Part shown: positions 1 to 10,547 of the stretch, one piece after another
Numbering within the stretch: position 1 is the stretch's first letter
Layout of the letters: each line of letters starts with the position of its first letter
Origin: Promethearchaeota archaeon
Lineage (GTDB): Archaea; Asgardarchaeota; Lokiarchaeia; Sigyniarchaeales; Promethearchaeaceae
Assembly (NCBI GenBank): GCA_016933055.1
Contig: JAFGBS010000028.1
Location: 240,001 to 272,000, forward strand
Length of the DNA: 32,000 bases
Direction of reading: 5' to 3'
Translations under genes and position numbers: made by a program
The notes under the pieces: generated by a model
Database searches by the model: none
Told to the model about the DNA's origin: nothing
What the model saw: the letters and a program-made list of their open reading frames with translations, nothing else

Positions 1-3000
1 TGGACAAAATATGTTAATCGCGAGTTAAACAATCAAATCCGATGCATAGTGTGGATCATTTTTCAAGTTATTATATCCATTTCCGTTGCTTTATTACTAG
101 AATTAACGTGGTATGGTCGAATTCTCCTTTTTCTGCAAATTTATTCCATATTAATGCCCCCATTAAATTATTTTTTAAAAAATGCAGGATTTAAAGTAAT
201 AAAATGGACAGAACGCACTGAGGAATTTACAAAATTACTAATGGTTATTACATCGACCGCATATTTAGCCAATCTCTCCTTAAGTACATTCTTCATCCAT
301 TTACATTCATCTACAACAAAGATCTTAGGATATGTCCCCTTTTTATTGCTGATAGTTCATATCATATTCCATATCACCTATTTTCGGAAAGAAACATCCC
401 TTAAACGCTTTTATCGAACCTACAATTTATCATTTCCCTTTATCATGATCAGCCTGTACTTAATTAGATACCAAACACAAATATACGAACTTTTTCCACC
501 TTGGGTGCCGGTTCTTTCTATAATTTCTCCGATTTTATCTGTTATATTGTTATGGTTTGCGTTATTCTATTATTATTCCATGGTTAAACAATTCAATATT
601 ATTCTGAATTTCTTCTACCAATTTATTCTTATTTTTATTGGGTCTATCTATATTCTTCACTTAGTCATAATTCCCCTAAGCACTCAGTATGGTTATGGAT
701 ATTTACATACTGATCAGATATTGGTAAGTTGTGCTATAACGTTTATTGGTTTTTACTATATACGTAAGGCAGCATATTTCGAGATATACAAAGGCTTTTT
801 GCAAGAGGAACCTGTTCGATTCCGCTCTATAGGGATTATTGCTGGAATATTGCGTACTGTAGGAGTTATTTTATTCGTTGGTTCTATCCTAAGATTAGTA
901 AATGTCATCTTTAATATCGCAATAACTCGTTGGACTATAACAACTTTAAATCTCTGGCAATTATCATTAATAAATTCCATTTTTAATTGGTCATTGGCTA
1001 GTTTTCTAGGTCTATTTTTATTTCTCTTCTTCTTAAAAGGATATTTCAAAAATTTTGACCAATATTCTTATAATTCTCGATTTATAATTCGCATTTTTAC
1101 CGTGCTTGCAGCATCTTTTGCAGTAGGAATGACAGTTATTCTTTATGAAACTACATATTTATTTGCATTGCCGCCTATATTAGTCGGTTGTTATTTTTGG
1201 CTATATTTTATTCAGAAAAAGAATCCTTATAGAGCAAACTTAACCATAGGCGCAGCAAAATCCATTCTGGTCTTTTTCTTCGTCTTCTGGACGTTGCATC
1301 AATATATTTTCAGATATTTATTTGGATCAATACTTATTTCTTCATCTCTTCTAACTACCATAGAATTATTACTATCTGCTGGCATCACTGGATTTGTATT
1401 TTCCCGGACCTTCCAAAATATTATCCTAAAAGGAAAAAATACCTTCTCCTGGATATTATTAGTGAGTTCAGTTAGTGCTATTTGTTATAGTTGCTTTCTT
1501 TCTTTGGATAATCTTGGACTTATAATTTCAGAACCGACAATAGAATTGGATTTCACCTTAAATTTGACTCTTACTCTTAATTTTGGGATTTTATTATTGT
1601 ATCTAGCTGTGGCTGTCCATCAATGGAAAATATCAAAAAAGATTTGGGATGTAGCATGGTGGTTATGGTTGTTCCTACCAATAATTAACTTCACGATTAT
1701 TTATCAATCTATAAGGGGTATAGATACTATTACAGAATCATTTTTTGTATTTGGATTAGAGGTTTCTGGTTCCGTATTATTAACAATAATAATATCTACA
1801 TTACTATATTTACCCATTATTTTAACCAAGTTTCAGAAAGCATACAAATGGTTTTTCTTTTTAACATGGATTGAAGCGATTCCCGTATGGATCTGGCTAG
1901 CTCCAAACATATTTCGAGATCCTAATTCTATATATTTATCTCCCTTATTTGTAACTGGATTATCTTTAATTTCTGCTGTTCCACTTCTATTTTCATTAAA
2001 ATATTGGAGAATAATTGCGGGAGTATGGATATTAATTGCTCTAATAAATGCGATGTTTCTTTCTATTTTGATTGACATTAGTTTTATCCCAGACATGATT
2101 ATGGATGTTTTTATCCATATCACTGTTTATGGTTTGTACATTATCATTTTCATATCTAACCCCCTCATAAGAGAAAGCTGGAAGAATTATGATTATGGGA
2201 TCCTGGTAGGATATCTATTGATGATTATAGGTGCATCCGTAGTAGTATTCGGATTTTCGTATGTGCTTACCCTTGATTATTTATACGCAATCAGCATCTC
2301 TGCTTTTTTCACCGGGATAATCATGATATCTGGCAGATATGTCAAATTAATCCATAACAGACTCAATCCTTATGCGGTTTTACTAATGGCAGCAGGTATT
2401 GGATTAGGATCTTTTCTATTTTTATACGAATTTAAGTTATTTCCAGTTAATCTTGATTTTACTTGGACTTTCCTTAATCAAACACTCCAAAATACCGTTT
2501 TTCCATTCTCCATAGCATTGATTTCATCCGGCGGAATTATACTGCTAGCACAAGCCCGTCAGTTAATAAATAAAAAACACTGGCGTTTAATGTATGCTTT
2601 TTTTGCTGTTGGAATTGGGGTTGCTATTGGTTCAGTGTTAGATAGTCTATTAGATTTGCCGAACCCTTTATTTGCAGCCATTGTGACTTTTTGGAGTGTA
2701 TTATCCTCATATCCAACATTTAGATATAAAAAACCAATCTTTTGGGGTCTATTTCCCCTTTTTATTGCATCATTGTCTGTTTATGGCTTTGAACAATTGA
2801 ATATAGGCTTTAATTGGTCATTTCACACCATTATTGGTGTGAACTACACATTTTGGATATTTTCCTTCAGTCTAGCGTCTCTTATTATTCATAAAGTGGT
2901 TAGTTTGTATTTCATGAGAAAATACCTCAAAGTTACAAGAGAATTAACTGATATGGGGATTTCAGATTATAAAACACTTCCGTTCGATGATGAGGACGAT

Positions 3001-6000
3001 GTATTGATGATACAGCAAAAGGAAATAGCAGTAAATTTAATTCAATCCTTGGAAATTTTACCACAATTTTACACTACCCCTCGTAAAATAGCTTCCTTAT
3101 ATTCTCTATTTTTATCTTTATCTCTGTATTCACTAAGTTATTTCATTTCTTTTATTACACCAATACCGTTGCTATTTCAAATTGAAGTATTCATTTTTTT
3201 GATTTCAGTCAGCACATTCATTAATCTAGCATACATTAAACGAAATGATATCTTTCAAAATCTGCATACTATTCGTTTTATTCGATTTATTGCTACGAAC
3301 TTGTTGTACGCTTCCATTTTGTACGGAATCATTATTCTTAATCGAATTATAATTCCGATTATCCCTGAATTAGTTAGCGGATTTTCCCTCACTGCAAATC
3401 TTACACTTTCTTTGAATATAGCATTAGATAGCATATTTTTTTATGTGATATTCATCATTTTAAGTCAATGGATTGCTTTTTATAACAAATTAATCACATT
3501 AATGGTTAAAATTATCAGTTGGATAACTTTTATTACTGCTATTAGTTATTTCCTCTACGCAATCACCTCTTTTACATACATTGTAGTTTTAATCGTAACA
3601 ATTGGAAGTTACCTTATTGTGATCCATTTACGCAATTTTCATAAGCATTATGCTATGACTTTGCGATTGTTGACTGATACCCTCTCTTCATCATCAGAAA
3701 AAATGACCGCACTGGAAGATTATGAAGAAAATGAATATTTAGAAGCACAATCAAAAGTACTGGGAATTGATTCTCCCATCCCCATTCCCCCTCCTTTGGA
3801 AATTCACTACGAGGATCTAGCAAGTGAGGCTGACTTTATGGAAGTAAAAGAAGTTTTAGATGCAATTTTACCACTAGACTCATCAGAAATGCCCTTTACT
3901 GCAGATTCACTATCATCTCAAATATCATCCAAGAAATCCCTATCGGACACTCTTGAATTAAGAGCAAAGCAAGAAAAACGGAGTAAGATCTTATATTCTA
4001 TTATCGGATTTTTTGATGCTTGGATTAAACAAGGAATTATTTTAGAACTTTCATATCTTGCAAGCTTAATATTCTCTAATATGTTCCCAAATATTAATGA
4101 GATCTCATTATACCATGTTTATGTCTTCAGATTGTTTATGTTCCTGTGTATCGCAACTACATTTTATAATTTTAAGAAATTGATTCCTGCAAACTATCGA
4201 TTAGTAGTTGTACAAATATTATCAACTCTGTTTATGGTTACGACCATATTAACTCCCTTTTCAGTGATTTCTGTGTATGGAACAGAGCTGAATCTTATAA
4301 TTGATCGATATTACTGGTCAAATATTATGTTCCTAGTATCCATTACCATATTTCTTCTTTTACTGCAAATTCAGCTTGTAATAAGAAATTATGTAGAAAC
4401 CAAAAATGTTCATCTGCGTCAACTAATAATCGATAAATGGAATGATGTCATTCAACCAATGCTTCTCATCTTAGCCGCTTACATTATTGCAAATATTATT
4501 TCCATCAATACACCACTTATCACACGACTTATAATAGCGGCCTTAATCCTATTTACCGAAGCCATTATTGAAAAGTATATTTTAAAAATATTTAATAGAC
4601 TGACTCGTGCACGGCTTCTTCTTTATTCTTGGATTCTGATTAATATATTGGGCATAATTCAAGTCGTTCAATTCCTTCCAACCTTGAAATTCTCATGGAC
4701 GTTAGGTATATTAATGCTACTAATTCTCGCATTCCTACAATACATAACTCTATATCTCTACTACTCACTAAAGAACGAAAAAATCATCCGAACCTATAAT
4801 ATTAATCCAATAGTTTTAAACCACTTTCTATTTCGAATGATGAATAGGCATGTTGACTGGGCTAAGAAAAGGAGTCCTAAGCATCTATATCAGCAGTATG
4901 AGCATTCAGAAAAACTAATCACATATAATGATTTCATCAAACCGAAATATAATTTCATGGCTTTAATAACTTATATTCTTATTAGTGCACTGCTTTCCGC
5001 TTTAATTTACGAATCATCTATAAAATCATTCATTTTAGGATATATCACAGAGTTAAAAGCTTTGGGGGTTAGTATTAATAATCTTTCTGCTTTATGGAAC
5101 CATCCCACAGGATTGCAGCTTCTAATTTTAAGTGGATTACCTATAATCATTGCTATAATTCTATCATTTGGGCTATTTTTTCAAGATAAATTTACGTTTA
5201 GAATTCTTCATGCTATTACGCGAGATATTTTCTTGATACTTTTATGGGTTTTGATCTCTGGAGGAATTTTATTCTATTCACTCGCGCTTTTGCAATTGTG
5301 GAAAGGAATTACGTATTCAAATTTATTAACCCCTGGCATGATAGCGATCATTTCAATCGCACAATATTATACAATCTATCTTATAACCGATATCGCCATT
5401 CATTCTACGAAAAATATAGACAAATTGGAATCAGAATTTTCTTCAATTAACTTAGAGACAATGAGTCATAGTGATTTAATGGAGTTATTGGCTAAAATCG
5501 AACCAAAACGTCTGAAAATTATTAAAAATCTAAACATGATATTAGGAATTATTATATACGGTACATTATCTGTGATAGCATATTTAATCGTTTATATATT
5601 CTCTCAATCTATCATTTTATCTCTTAGTGGAGCATTATTAATAGTATACGGTCAGTCAGAATTAAATTACTACATTCTAAAAGCGTTTCCCTCCAAGATC
5701 AGTTTCTATTATTCCTTAATGTCATGGATCTGTTTCAGTGTTTTAATATCCTTTAGTATCCCAATAGTATTTTGGGGAAATAATCCTGAATGGGTAGTCA
5801 ATTCTGATTTAAATATTGTGGTGTATATTACCAACGGATTTTTCGTTTCGACGTGTTTTTGCATTTTTAGTATTTTGTCTTTTGCTACACTCTTTATTTT
5901 AAAACGAAAATACTCCGATTACACCATCAAATTTCAATGGATGAAATATTTACGAATAGGAACTTATTTTACAATAACGGCAGTAGTTTTTGTATTGTTT

Positions 6001-6966
6001 ATTCCTACTTCGATTATGTTTGCATCATTTCTAAGTAGTCTTGTGTTATATTTGGAGATGGTAGGAGAGAGATATTTTCCAATCTTTATGAACAAAATTA
6101 CTCGTTTAATCCGTAGTATTAGTGCATTTATTATTTCTATTATTCTATGCTATTGGATCTATTCCTATATGGAAAATACATTTAATTTTGAAATCGCTTT
6201 AGCTGTTTCGATTCTTTTATTCACAATTTTAAGCCAATTAATATTCAATCCTTGGGAGTATAAAAAAGTCGCCGGTCCAATATTTTGGGGTTTTATTTCT
6301 GCCGAAATCGGATATCTAATCAGTAATATTGTCATAGTAAATAATATTCTACTTGGGATCGCTTCTGGACTGATTTTAATGGGATTGTATCCAATAATTT
6401 TTGAATTTTCACGCTTTGTGGACTTTTTCAGAAATATCGTAGAAAATATAAGAATTTTCTACCAGAAAATCATCTATTTCTTCAAAAACTTCTGGATTAA
6501 TCTAAAAAACTTTTATACGAAAAATAAAATATGGTTGACTCTTATCATGGTGTCGGCCATGTTTACAGGATTATTATTCGGGCTACGAATCCTCCTTCCT
6601 TTATACCAAGCAATGTTTATTAGCGCTTCGATAGCGTCTACATTTCTATTTCCGATCTTCATCACTCCAAAAGCTTTGAAAGACGAGAAATCGTTCTCCC
6701 GAATGGTTTATTATTCCGCAATTATCTATGTATTTGCAAACATCGCGATTTTTTCATTTGTGAAGATTAATATCATCTGGTTTTTGCTCTCATTAGTTTT
6801 ATTCAGTTCGATCTTATTAGTAGTGATTTATCGGCAAGAGACCCTATATAATTTATCGGTGCGCTGGAGATTGATTGGGTTGATAATAACGATATTATCT
6901 GCGGTTGTTCTCGTCTCCATGGTAGTTTTATATGTTATTGGGTTGATTTCCATAAAGTTTTTCTAA
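1..6966 (+). CDS. Giant polytopic membrane protein of unknown function, 5'-truncated at the window edge (>2320 aa)
   Basis: The frame of the 49..6966 ORF is open from base 1 (TGG ACA AAA TAT GTT AAT CGC... = WTKYVNRELNNQIRCIVW), so the true start lies upstream. It has dozens of hydrophobic 20-25 aa segments with short basic loops and no recognisable catalytic motif. Confidence 0.85.
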   Translation, partial: WTKYVNRELNNQIRCIVWIIFQVIISISVALLLELTWYGRILLFLQIYSILMPPLNYFLKNAGFKVIKWTERTEEFTKLLMVITSTAYLANLSLSTFFIHLHSSTTKILGYVPFLLLIVHIIFHITYFRKETSLKRFYRTYNLSFPFIMISLYLIRYQTQIYELFPPWVPVLSIISPILSVILLWFALFYYYSMVKQFNIILNFFYQFILIFIGSIYILHLVIIPLSTQYGYGYLHTDQILVSCAITFIGFYYIRKAAYFEIYKGFLQEEPVRFRSIGIIAGILRTVGVILFVGSILRLVNVIFNIAITRWTITTLNLWQLSLINSIFNWSLASFLGLFLFLFFLKGYFKNFDQYSYNSRFIIRIFTVLAASFAVGMTVILYETTYLFALPPILVGCYFWLYFIQKKNPYRANLTIGAAKSILVFFFVFWTLHQYIFRYLFGSILISSSLLTTIELLLSAGITGFVFSRTFQNIILKGKNTFSWILLVSSVSAICYSCFLSLDNLGLIISEPTIELDFTLNLTLTLNFGILLLYLAVAVHQWKISKKIWDVAWWLWLFLPIINFTIIYQSIRGIDTITESFFVFGLEVSGSVLLTIIISTLLYLPIILTKFQKAYKWFFFLTWIEAIPVWIWLAPNIFRDPNSIYLSPLFVTGLSLISAVPLLFSLKYWRIIAGVWILIALINAMFLSILIDISFIPDMIMDVFIHITVYGLYIIIFISNPLIRESWKNYDYGILVGYLLMIIGASVVVFGFSYVLTLDYLYAISISAFFTGIIMISGRYVKLIHNRLNPYAVLLMAAGIGLGSFLFLYEFKLFPVNLDFTWTFLNQTLQNTVFPFSIALISSGGIILLAQARQLINKKHWRLMYAFFAVGIGVAIGSVLDSLLDLPNPLFAAIVTFWSVLSSYPTFRYKKPIFWGLFPLFIASLSVYGFEQLNIGFNWSFHTIIGVNYTFWIFSFSLASLIIHKVVSLYFMRKYLKVTRELTDMGISDYKTLPFDDEDDVLMIQQKEIAVNLIQSLEILPQFYTTPRKIASLYSLFLSLSLYSLSYFISFITPIPLLFQIEVFIFLISVSTFINLAYIKRNDIFQNLHTIRFIRFIATNLLYASILYGIIILNRIIIPIIPELVSGFSLTANLTLSLNIALDSIFFYVIFIILSQWIAFYNKLITLMVKIISWITFITAISYFLYAITSFTYIVVLIVTIGSYLIVIHLRNFHKHYAMTLRLLTDTLSSSSEKMTALEDYEENEYLEAQSKVLGIDSPIPIPPPLEIHYEDLASEADFMEVKEVLDAILPLDSSEMPFTADSLSSQISSKKSLSDTLELRAKQEKRSKILYSIIGFFDAWIKQGIILELSYLASLIFSNMFPNINEISLYHVYVFRLFMFLCIATTFYNFKKLIPANYRLVVVQILSTLFMVTTILTPFSVISVYGTELNLIIDRYYWSNIMFLVSITIFLLLLQIQLVIRNYVETKNVHLRQLIIDKWNDVIQPMLLILAAYIIANIISINTPLITRLIIAALILFTEAIIEKYILKIFNRLTRARLLLYSWILINILGIIQVVQFLPTLKFSWTLGILMLLILAFLQYITLYLYYSLKNEKIIRTYNINPIVLNHFLFRMMNRHVDWAKKRSPKHLYQQYEHSEKLITYNDFIKPKYNFMALITYILISALLSALIYESSIKSFILGYITELKALGVSINNLSALWNHPTGLQLLILSGLPIIIAIILSFGLFFQDKFTFRILHAITRDIFLILLWVLISGGILFYSLALLQLWKGITYSNLLTPGMIAIISIAQYYTIYLITDIAIHSTKNIDKLESEFSSINLETMSHSDLMELLAKIEPKRLKIIKNLNMILGIIIYGTLSVIAYLIVYIFSQSIILSLSGALLIVYGQSELNYYILKAFPSKISFYYSLMSWICFSVLISFSIPIVFWGNNPEWVVNSDLNIVVYITNGFFVSTCFCIFSILSFATLFILKRKYSDYTIKFQWMKYLRIGTYFTITAVVFVLFIPTSIMFASFLSSLVLYLEMVGERYFPIFMNKITRLIRSISAFIISIILCYWIYSYMENTFNFEIALAVSILLFTILSQLIFNPWEYKKVAGPIFWGFISAEIGYLISNIVIVNNILLGIASGLILMGLYPIIFEFSRFVDFFRNIVENIRIFYQKIIYFFKNFWINLKNFYTKNKIWLTLIMVSAMFTGLLFGLRILLPLYQAMFISASIASTFLFPIFITPKALKDEKSFSRMVYYSAIIYVFANIAIFSFVKINIIWFLLSLVLFSSILLVVIYRQETLYNLSVRWRLIGLIITILSAVVLVSMVVLYVIGLISIKFF

Positions 6967-6994
6967 TTTGCCCAATACATTGTTTAAGGTAATA

Positions 6995-7717
6995 ATGAAA
7001 GACTCTGATTTCCATATGCATTCGAATTATTCGGATGGTTTTAACTTGATAAGAGAAATGGTGGAAGCTGCAATTGATCGAGATTTAAAAAATATCGCAA
7101 TAACCGATCATATAAGTGCATCGGGTCATTTTTTATATACATTTAGCAAATCCCGCCTATCGTTAGAAAATTATCTCGATGAAATTACTCGCCTAAGAAG
7201 GAAGTATGAAAAAAAAATACATATTTATGCAGGAGTAGAAATCACAGATGATTTTGTACATACTCCTAAATCCCACCTTCTGGAAAATAAGTTGTATGAG
7301 TATATAGATTTTATCTCCCTTATCTTGATCGAAACAATCTTAATCGCAGAACCCGTCAGAACTGCTCTTAATGTGCGAGAATATTTGAATCAAATTGGAG
7401 ATGAACAGATTTTGGTGGTATTTGCTCATCCCGATTATAGCGCCATGAATTTTTCCACTTTTCAATTGCTTTTAAAGAACCGTATCGGTTTCGAATTAAA
7501 TGAGAGTAAATTATCAGAGAGAGATGCTGCTTTCTTTTTAGAATTTGTAAATCAATTAAGTCAAAAAGAGAAGAAGGATTTACTCATTACCGTCGGTAGT
7601 GATGCTCATCGTGTTAAAGATGTAGGAAGACTAAATTTTGTTTTTTCAATAGTTGAGGATAATAATTTATGGAAATATGTGATCACTCCTCCAAAAGTTC
7701 AAGATTTCATTCTATAA
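6995..7717 (+). CDS. PHP-domain phosphoesterase (HisK/PolX-PHP-like)
   Basis: All PHP metal motifs are present: DFHMHSNYSDG, AITDH, GVE, HPD, GSDAH. ATG at 6995 preceded by AAGGT is preferred over TTG 6968. Confidence 0.88.
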   Translation: MKDSDFHMHSNYSDGFNLIREMVEAAIDRDLKNIAITDHISASGHFLYTFSKSRLSLENYLDEITRLRRKYEKKIHIYAGVEITDDFVHTPKSHLLENKLYEYIDFISLILIETILIAEPVRTALNVREYLNQIGDEQILVVFAHPDYSAMNFSTFQLLLKNRIGFELNESKLSERDAAFFLEFVNQLSQKEKKDLLITVGSDAHRVKDVGRLNFVFSIVEDNNLWKYVITPPKVQDFIL

Positions 7718-7830
7718 TAATTACTTATGATGATTAGACTTTAGTTGTAACAGAATTAACCAGAAAATTTTTAACTCTGCTTTAATTGTAGCAAGAATAT
7801 TATTTCTATATTTAACCACAGTAAATTACT

Positions 7831-7837
7831 GGGGTGA
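7831..7837 (+). promoter_or_regulatory. Shine-Dalgarno site for the UPF0147 gene
   Basis: GGGGTGA lies 4 nt before TTG 7842 and matches the archaeal SD consensus GGAGGTGA. Confidence 0.6.
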
Positions 7838-7841
7838 TTTT

Positions 7842-8129
7842 TTGCCTCGAAAAACTAAAAAGCAGATTCAAGAGGAAATAAATGAAATCCTCGAGCAAGC
7901 GAATTATTTATTAGATCAGATATCAGCAGATAATTCTGTACCACGTAATATTCGTCGTGTTACGGGAGAAGCAACGGAAGCAATCAATGATACAGAAGAG
8001 TCTCCTGCAGTGAATGCAAGTAACGCTATATCCCTATTGGATGATTTATCGCAAGATCCAAATTGCCCATTGCATACACGAACCCGAATTTACCAGATCT
8101 TATCCTTACTCGAACAAATTAGAGATTAA
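7842..8129 (+). CDS. UPF0147 family archaeal protein
   Basis: 95 aa helical protein with the family signatures DNSVPRNIRR and DPNCPLHTRTRIYQILSLLE. Confidence 0.85.
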   Translation: MPRKTKKQIQEEINEILEQANYLLDQISADNSVPRNIRRVTGEATEAINDTEESPAVNASNAISLLDDLSQDPNCPLHTRTRIYQILSLLEQIRD

Positions 8130-9649
8130 GTTTTTTCTTTTTCTTTTTCGTCTTTTTTTTGAATGAATATATCAAGTCCAATTGTTACGAGACGCGGACC
8201 AAAGGTGACGATAACAAACACATTCTCCCTAGATCCTCGCTCTATTCTACCATCTCTAATAGAATAAAAAATTGTTCTCTGGCCATATGTACTCGCAAGA
8301 AGGTGGTCTGGAAAATTAAAATCTGCTCGAAATTCTTCGGCAGCATGAGTATGAAGATTATATTGAGAATCTTCCATTGATTTTTGAACAAAAAAATAAT
8401 GGAGATCAAGAAAGTTGCCCATTTCATTCTCATTTATAACAAGACTCGTTGTTGTATGATTTGATTTAATCGTGATAAATCCCGATTTCATGAGGGGGAA
8501 TTGTTCTTTAATTTCTTTCATTATGTGATCGATGGTATCTTGGATAGAAATAAGTTGAGTGATGCAAAAACTCTGAACTTTTATATCATACCCTAAGTGA
8601 ATCTGATGGGAATTGTCAAATTCGGAATCTAATTTGTATGTAATATAGTTTTCTATAGGTTTCTTTTTGGATACGATTCCAAAGAATCGATTTGCATTGC
8701 GAAAAGCCCATATTCGCAATAAATTTTTAAATTTAAGATTTAGTATCTCGGTAGCTTCATGCCACCCGCGAACTAGTTGGGAAGATTCAAGAGTAGGGGC
8801 ACCACTCGCTAATATAATTCTATTCCACCAATTTTGTATGAAACCTGGGATTTGAAATAAGCGAGTAAAAAAAGTGGTTGGAGTTTCTCCTCCCAACATT
8901 CTGAGATTTAATTCCAAAAAAACATTTGATTGAAATTTGTATTTATCAATATTAAGAATAAGATCATTCCAATTTCCGCTGGCAATAATTAATGGATGAG
9001 TAACATCTAAGCTGGAAGTAATTTTAGCCATAGAATTAGCAATATTGCCGTTATCCAGAAGTGGAAGAATTCCTAAATGTAAATTAATAAAATCAATTTT
9101 TAACGGAAGATTCTGGATTTTTATCCATTTAATAAATTCTTCAAAATCGTCAGATCTTAGGTATTCTGCTTGATACAGAGGATATACTACGATTCCAACT
9201 ATTTTTGCTTTATTTTTTGAGTAAAATGCCTCTAATTTGTTTTGTCCATTTTTTTCAGGGTAGATTGAGGCAAGCATTTTCGAAGATGAGATAACTTTAC
9301 CCATTTGTAGGGTGAAATCGTTCGGAATTCCGAATTTTTCATTCAATTCTATCGCTTGTAGGATTGGTAGGTGAATTGTACTGGATTCCAGTTCCAATTC
9401 TAATTGTTGATATGTTATTTTTCTTCGATAAAATACGGGATGACCATGGATTTTTAGTTTCAATAATTCTTGTACAGGTTTTGGAAATGAAATTTCATCG
9501 AAAATGGGCCAAATCTGGCCATCAATGTTTGGAAGATAATAGGGGTTTGAATAGTTTATTCCAAAAATGCATGAAAAATTAGGACAATATAGTTTTTCCA
9601 TATAATCCACCGATCCATATAAATAATAAGGGATTATGGGAGTAAACAC
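8126..9649 (-). CDS. Fusion protein: degenerate amidohydrolase_2-like TIM barrel + C-terminal YjbQ (UPF0047) domain
   Basis: N-terminal part has IVGIVVYPLYQ, NVFLELN, RIILASGAP and RNANRFFGI, echoing GIKLHP / NVYFDTS / RILFGSDYP / ENAARLFGL. C-terminal part has NHTTTSLVINENE, DHLLASTYG, DGRIERG and TFGPRLV, echoing YjbQ HTTA..INE / SHIKASLLG / DGPR. The exact start is uncertain. Confidence 0.65.
   Translation of the reverse strand: MFTPIIPYYLYGSVDYMEKLYCPNFSCIFGINYSNPYYLPNIDGQIWPIFDEISFPKPVQELLKLKIHGHPVFYRRKITYQQLELELESSTIHLPILQAIELNEKFGIPNDFTLQMGKVISSSKMLASIYPEKNGQNKLEAFYSKNKAKIVGIVVYPLYQAEYLRSDDFEEFIKWIKIQNLPLKIDFINLHLGILPLLDNGNIANSMAKITSSLDVTHPLIIASGNWNDLILNIDKYKFQSNVFLELNLRMLGGETPTTFFTRLFQIPGFIQNWWNRIILASGAPTLESSQLVRGWHEATEILNLKFKNLLRIWAFRNANRFFGIVSKKKPIENYITYKLDSEFDNSHQIHLGYDIKVQSFCITQLISIQDTIDHIMKEIKEQFPLMKSGFITIKSNHTTTSLVINENEMGNFLDLHYFFVQKSMEDSQYNLHTHAAEEFRADFNFPDHLLASTYGQRTIFYSIRDGRIERGSRENVFVIVTFGPRLVTIGLDIFIQKKDEKEKEKT
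8130..8160 (+). terminator. Probable oligo-T intrinsic terminator after UPF0147
   Basis: The T-rich tract GTTTTTTCTTTTCTTTTTCGTCTTTTTTTT directly follows the stop. It is also the Lys/Glu-rich tail of the convergent gene. Confidence 0.4.
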
Positions 9650-9671
9650 TCATAAAACTATAGGTATAAAT

Positions 9672-10505
9672 TCATTCATCATCTTCATAAGTTTGACTTG
9701 AAAAGAATTTCTTCTTATCTTCGGTTGTATACAATTCCAAATAATATCCTCCACGACTGAATCCTAAAGCGGTCAATATATTACCGATTAATCGGATAAC
9801 GTTAATCATTAGCTGAAACGATGTATAGTAGGAAGGTCCCAAAGGTATAAAACCCAAGAATAATCCAACAACCAAATAAAAGATATATAAAATAGCACCA
9901 TAGACCATTAAACGCATTTCCTTAGGAAAAGGTGCTTGAGCTTCCTCTTCTAATCTATCTCCAACAAAATTGATACCCCATTTACGTAAAAGTATATACC
10001 CCACGATCCCGAGAGAGGGAATTGCAATCTCTATCAACTTAATCCAAAAAGCAGCTGTATTTAATAGGTTGTATGTATAAAATATTGTTGTTAAGGAATT
10101 CCCTGCTGAAAACTGGCCAGATAGCTCCTCATATTTCACAATTACTACTATTGTTCCTGTAAGGACCACAATACTTTGTAATATTAACATTCCAAGTAGT
10201 GCAAAATAAGCTTGACGTAAAAAAAATCCTCCATATTCGGTTTCAGATCGCTTTAAAGCTGATAGAAAATCAATTAAATACAGAATTTCTACTATTGCGA
10301 ATATATACAGTATTATCATTGCTGCTGTAATAGGATTTACGATGATATCAAATATGAATATACTCGTAAGAAAGTTAACTATCATAATAACAAGCAATGT
10401 GTTCCCGTACATTCGCATTTTTCGTCCCATACGTGCCAAAACAGCGGAATAGGGAGAGAAGGGGGAATTATCACTGTCTAAGGACATAAAAGAGAGAATT
10501 GACAA
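9672..10505 (-). CDS. Hypothetical multi-pass membrane protein
   Basis: 277 aa ORF with about 6 hydrophobic helices and an acidic C-terminal tail. Confidence 0.7.
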   Translation of the reverse strand: MSILSFMSLDSDNSPFSPYSAVLARMGRKMRMYGNTLLVIMIVNFLTSIFIFDIIVNPITAAMIILYIFAIVEILYLIDFLSALKRSETEYGGFFLRQAYFALLGMLILQSIVVLTGTIVVIVKYEELSGQFSAGNSLTTIFYTYNLLNTAAFWIKLIEIAIPSLGIVGYILLRKWGINFVGDRLEEEAQAPFPKEMRLMVYGAILYIFYLVVGLFLGFIPLGPSYYTSFQLMINVIRLIGNILTALGFSRGGYYLELYTTEDKKKFFSSQTYEDDE

Positions 10506-10547
10506 TATGTTATAAAGATTTACAAAATAAAGAATAGAAGGATTTCA

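Noticed and set aside
756-5450. Short ORFs 756..1049, 1833..2123 and 5244..5450
   Set aside because: They are antisense or out-of-frame shadows of the giant ORF with no motifs.
8126-8129. Convergent genes sharing TTAA as both stop codons
   Set aside because: Real, but a common feature of compact archaeal genomes.
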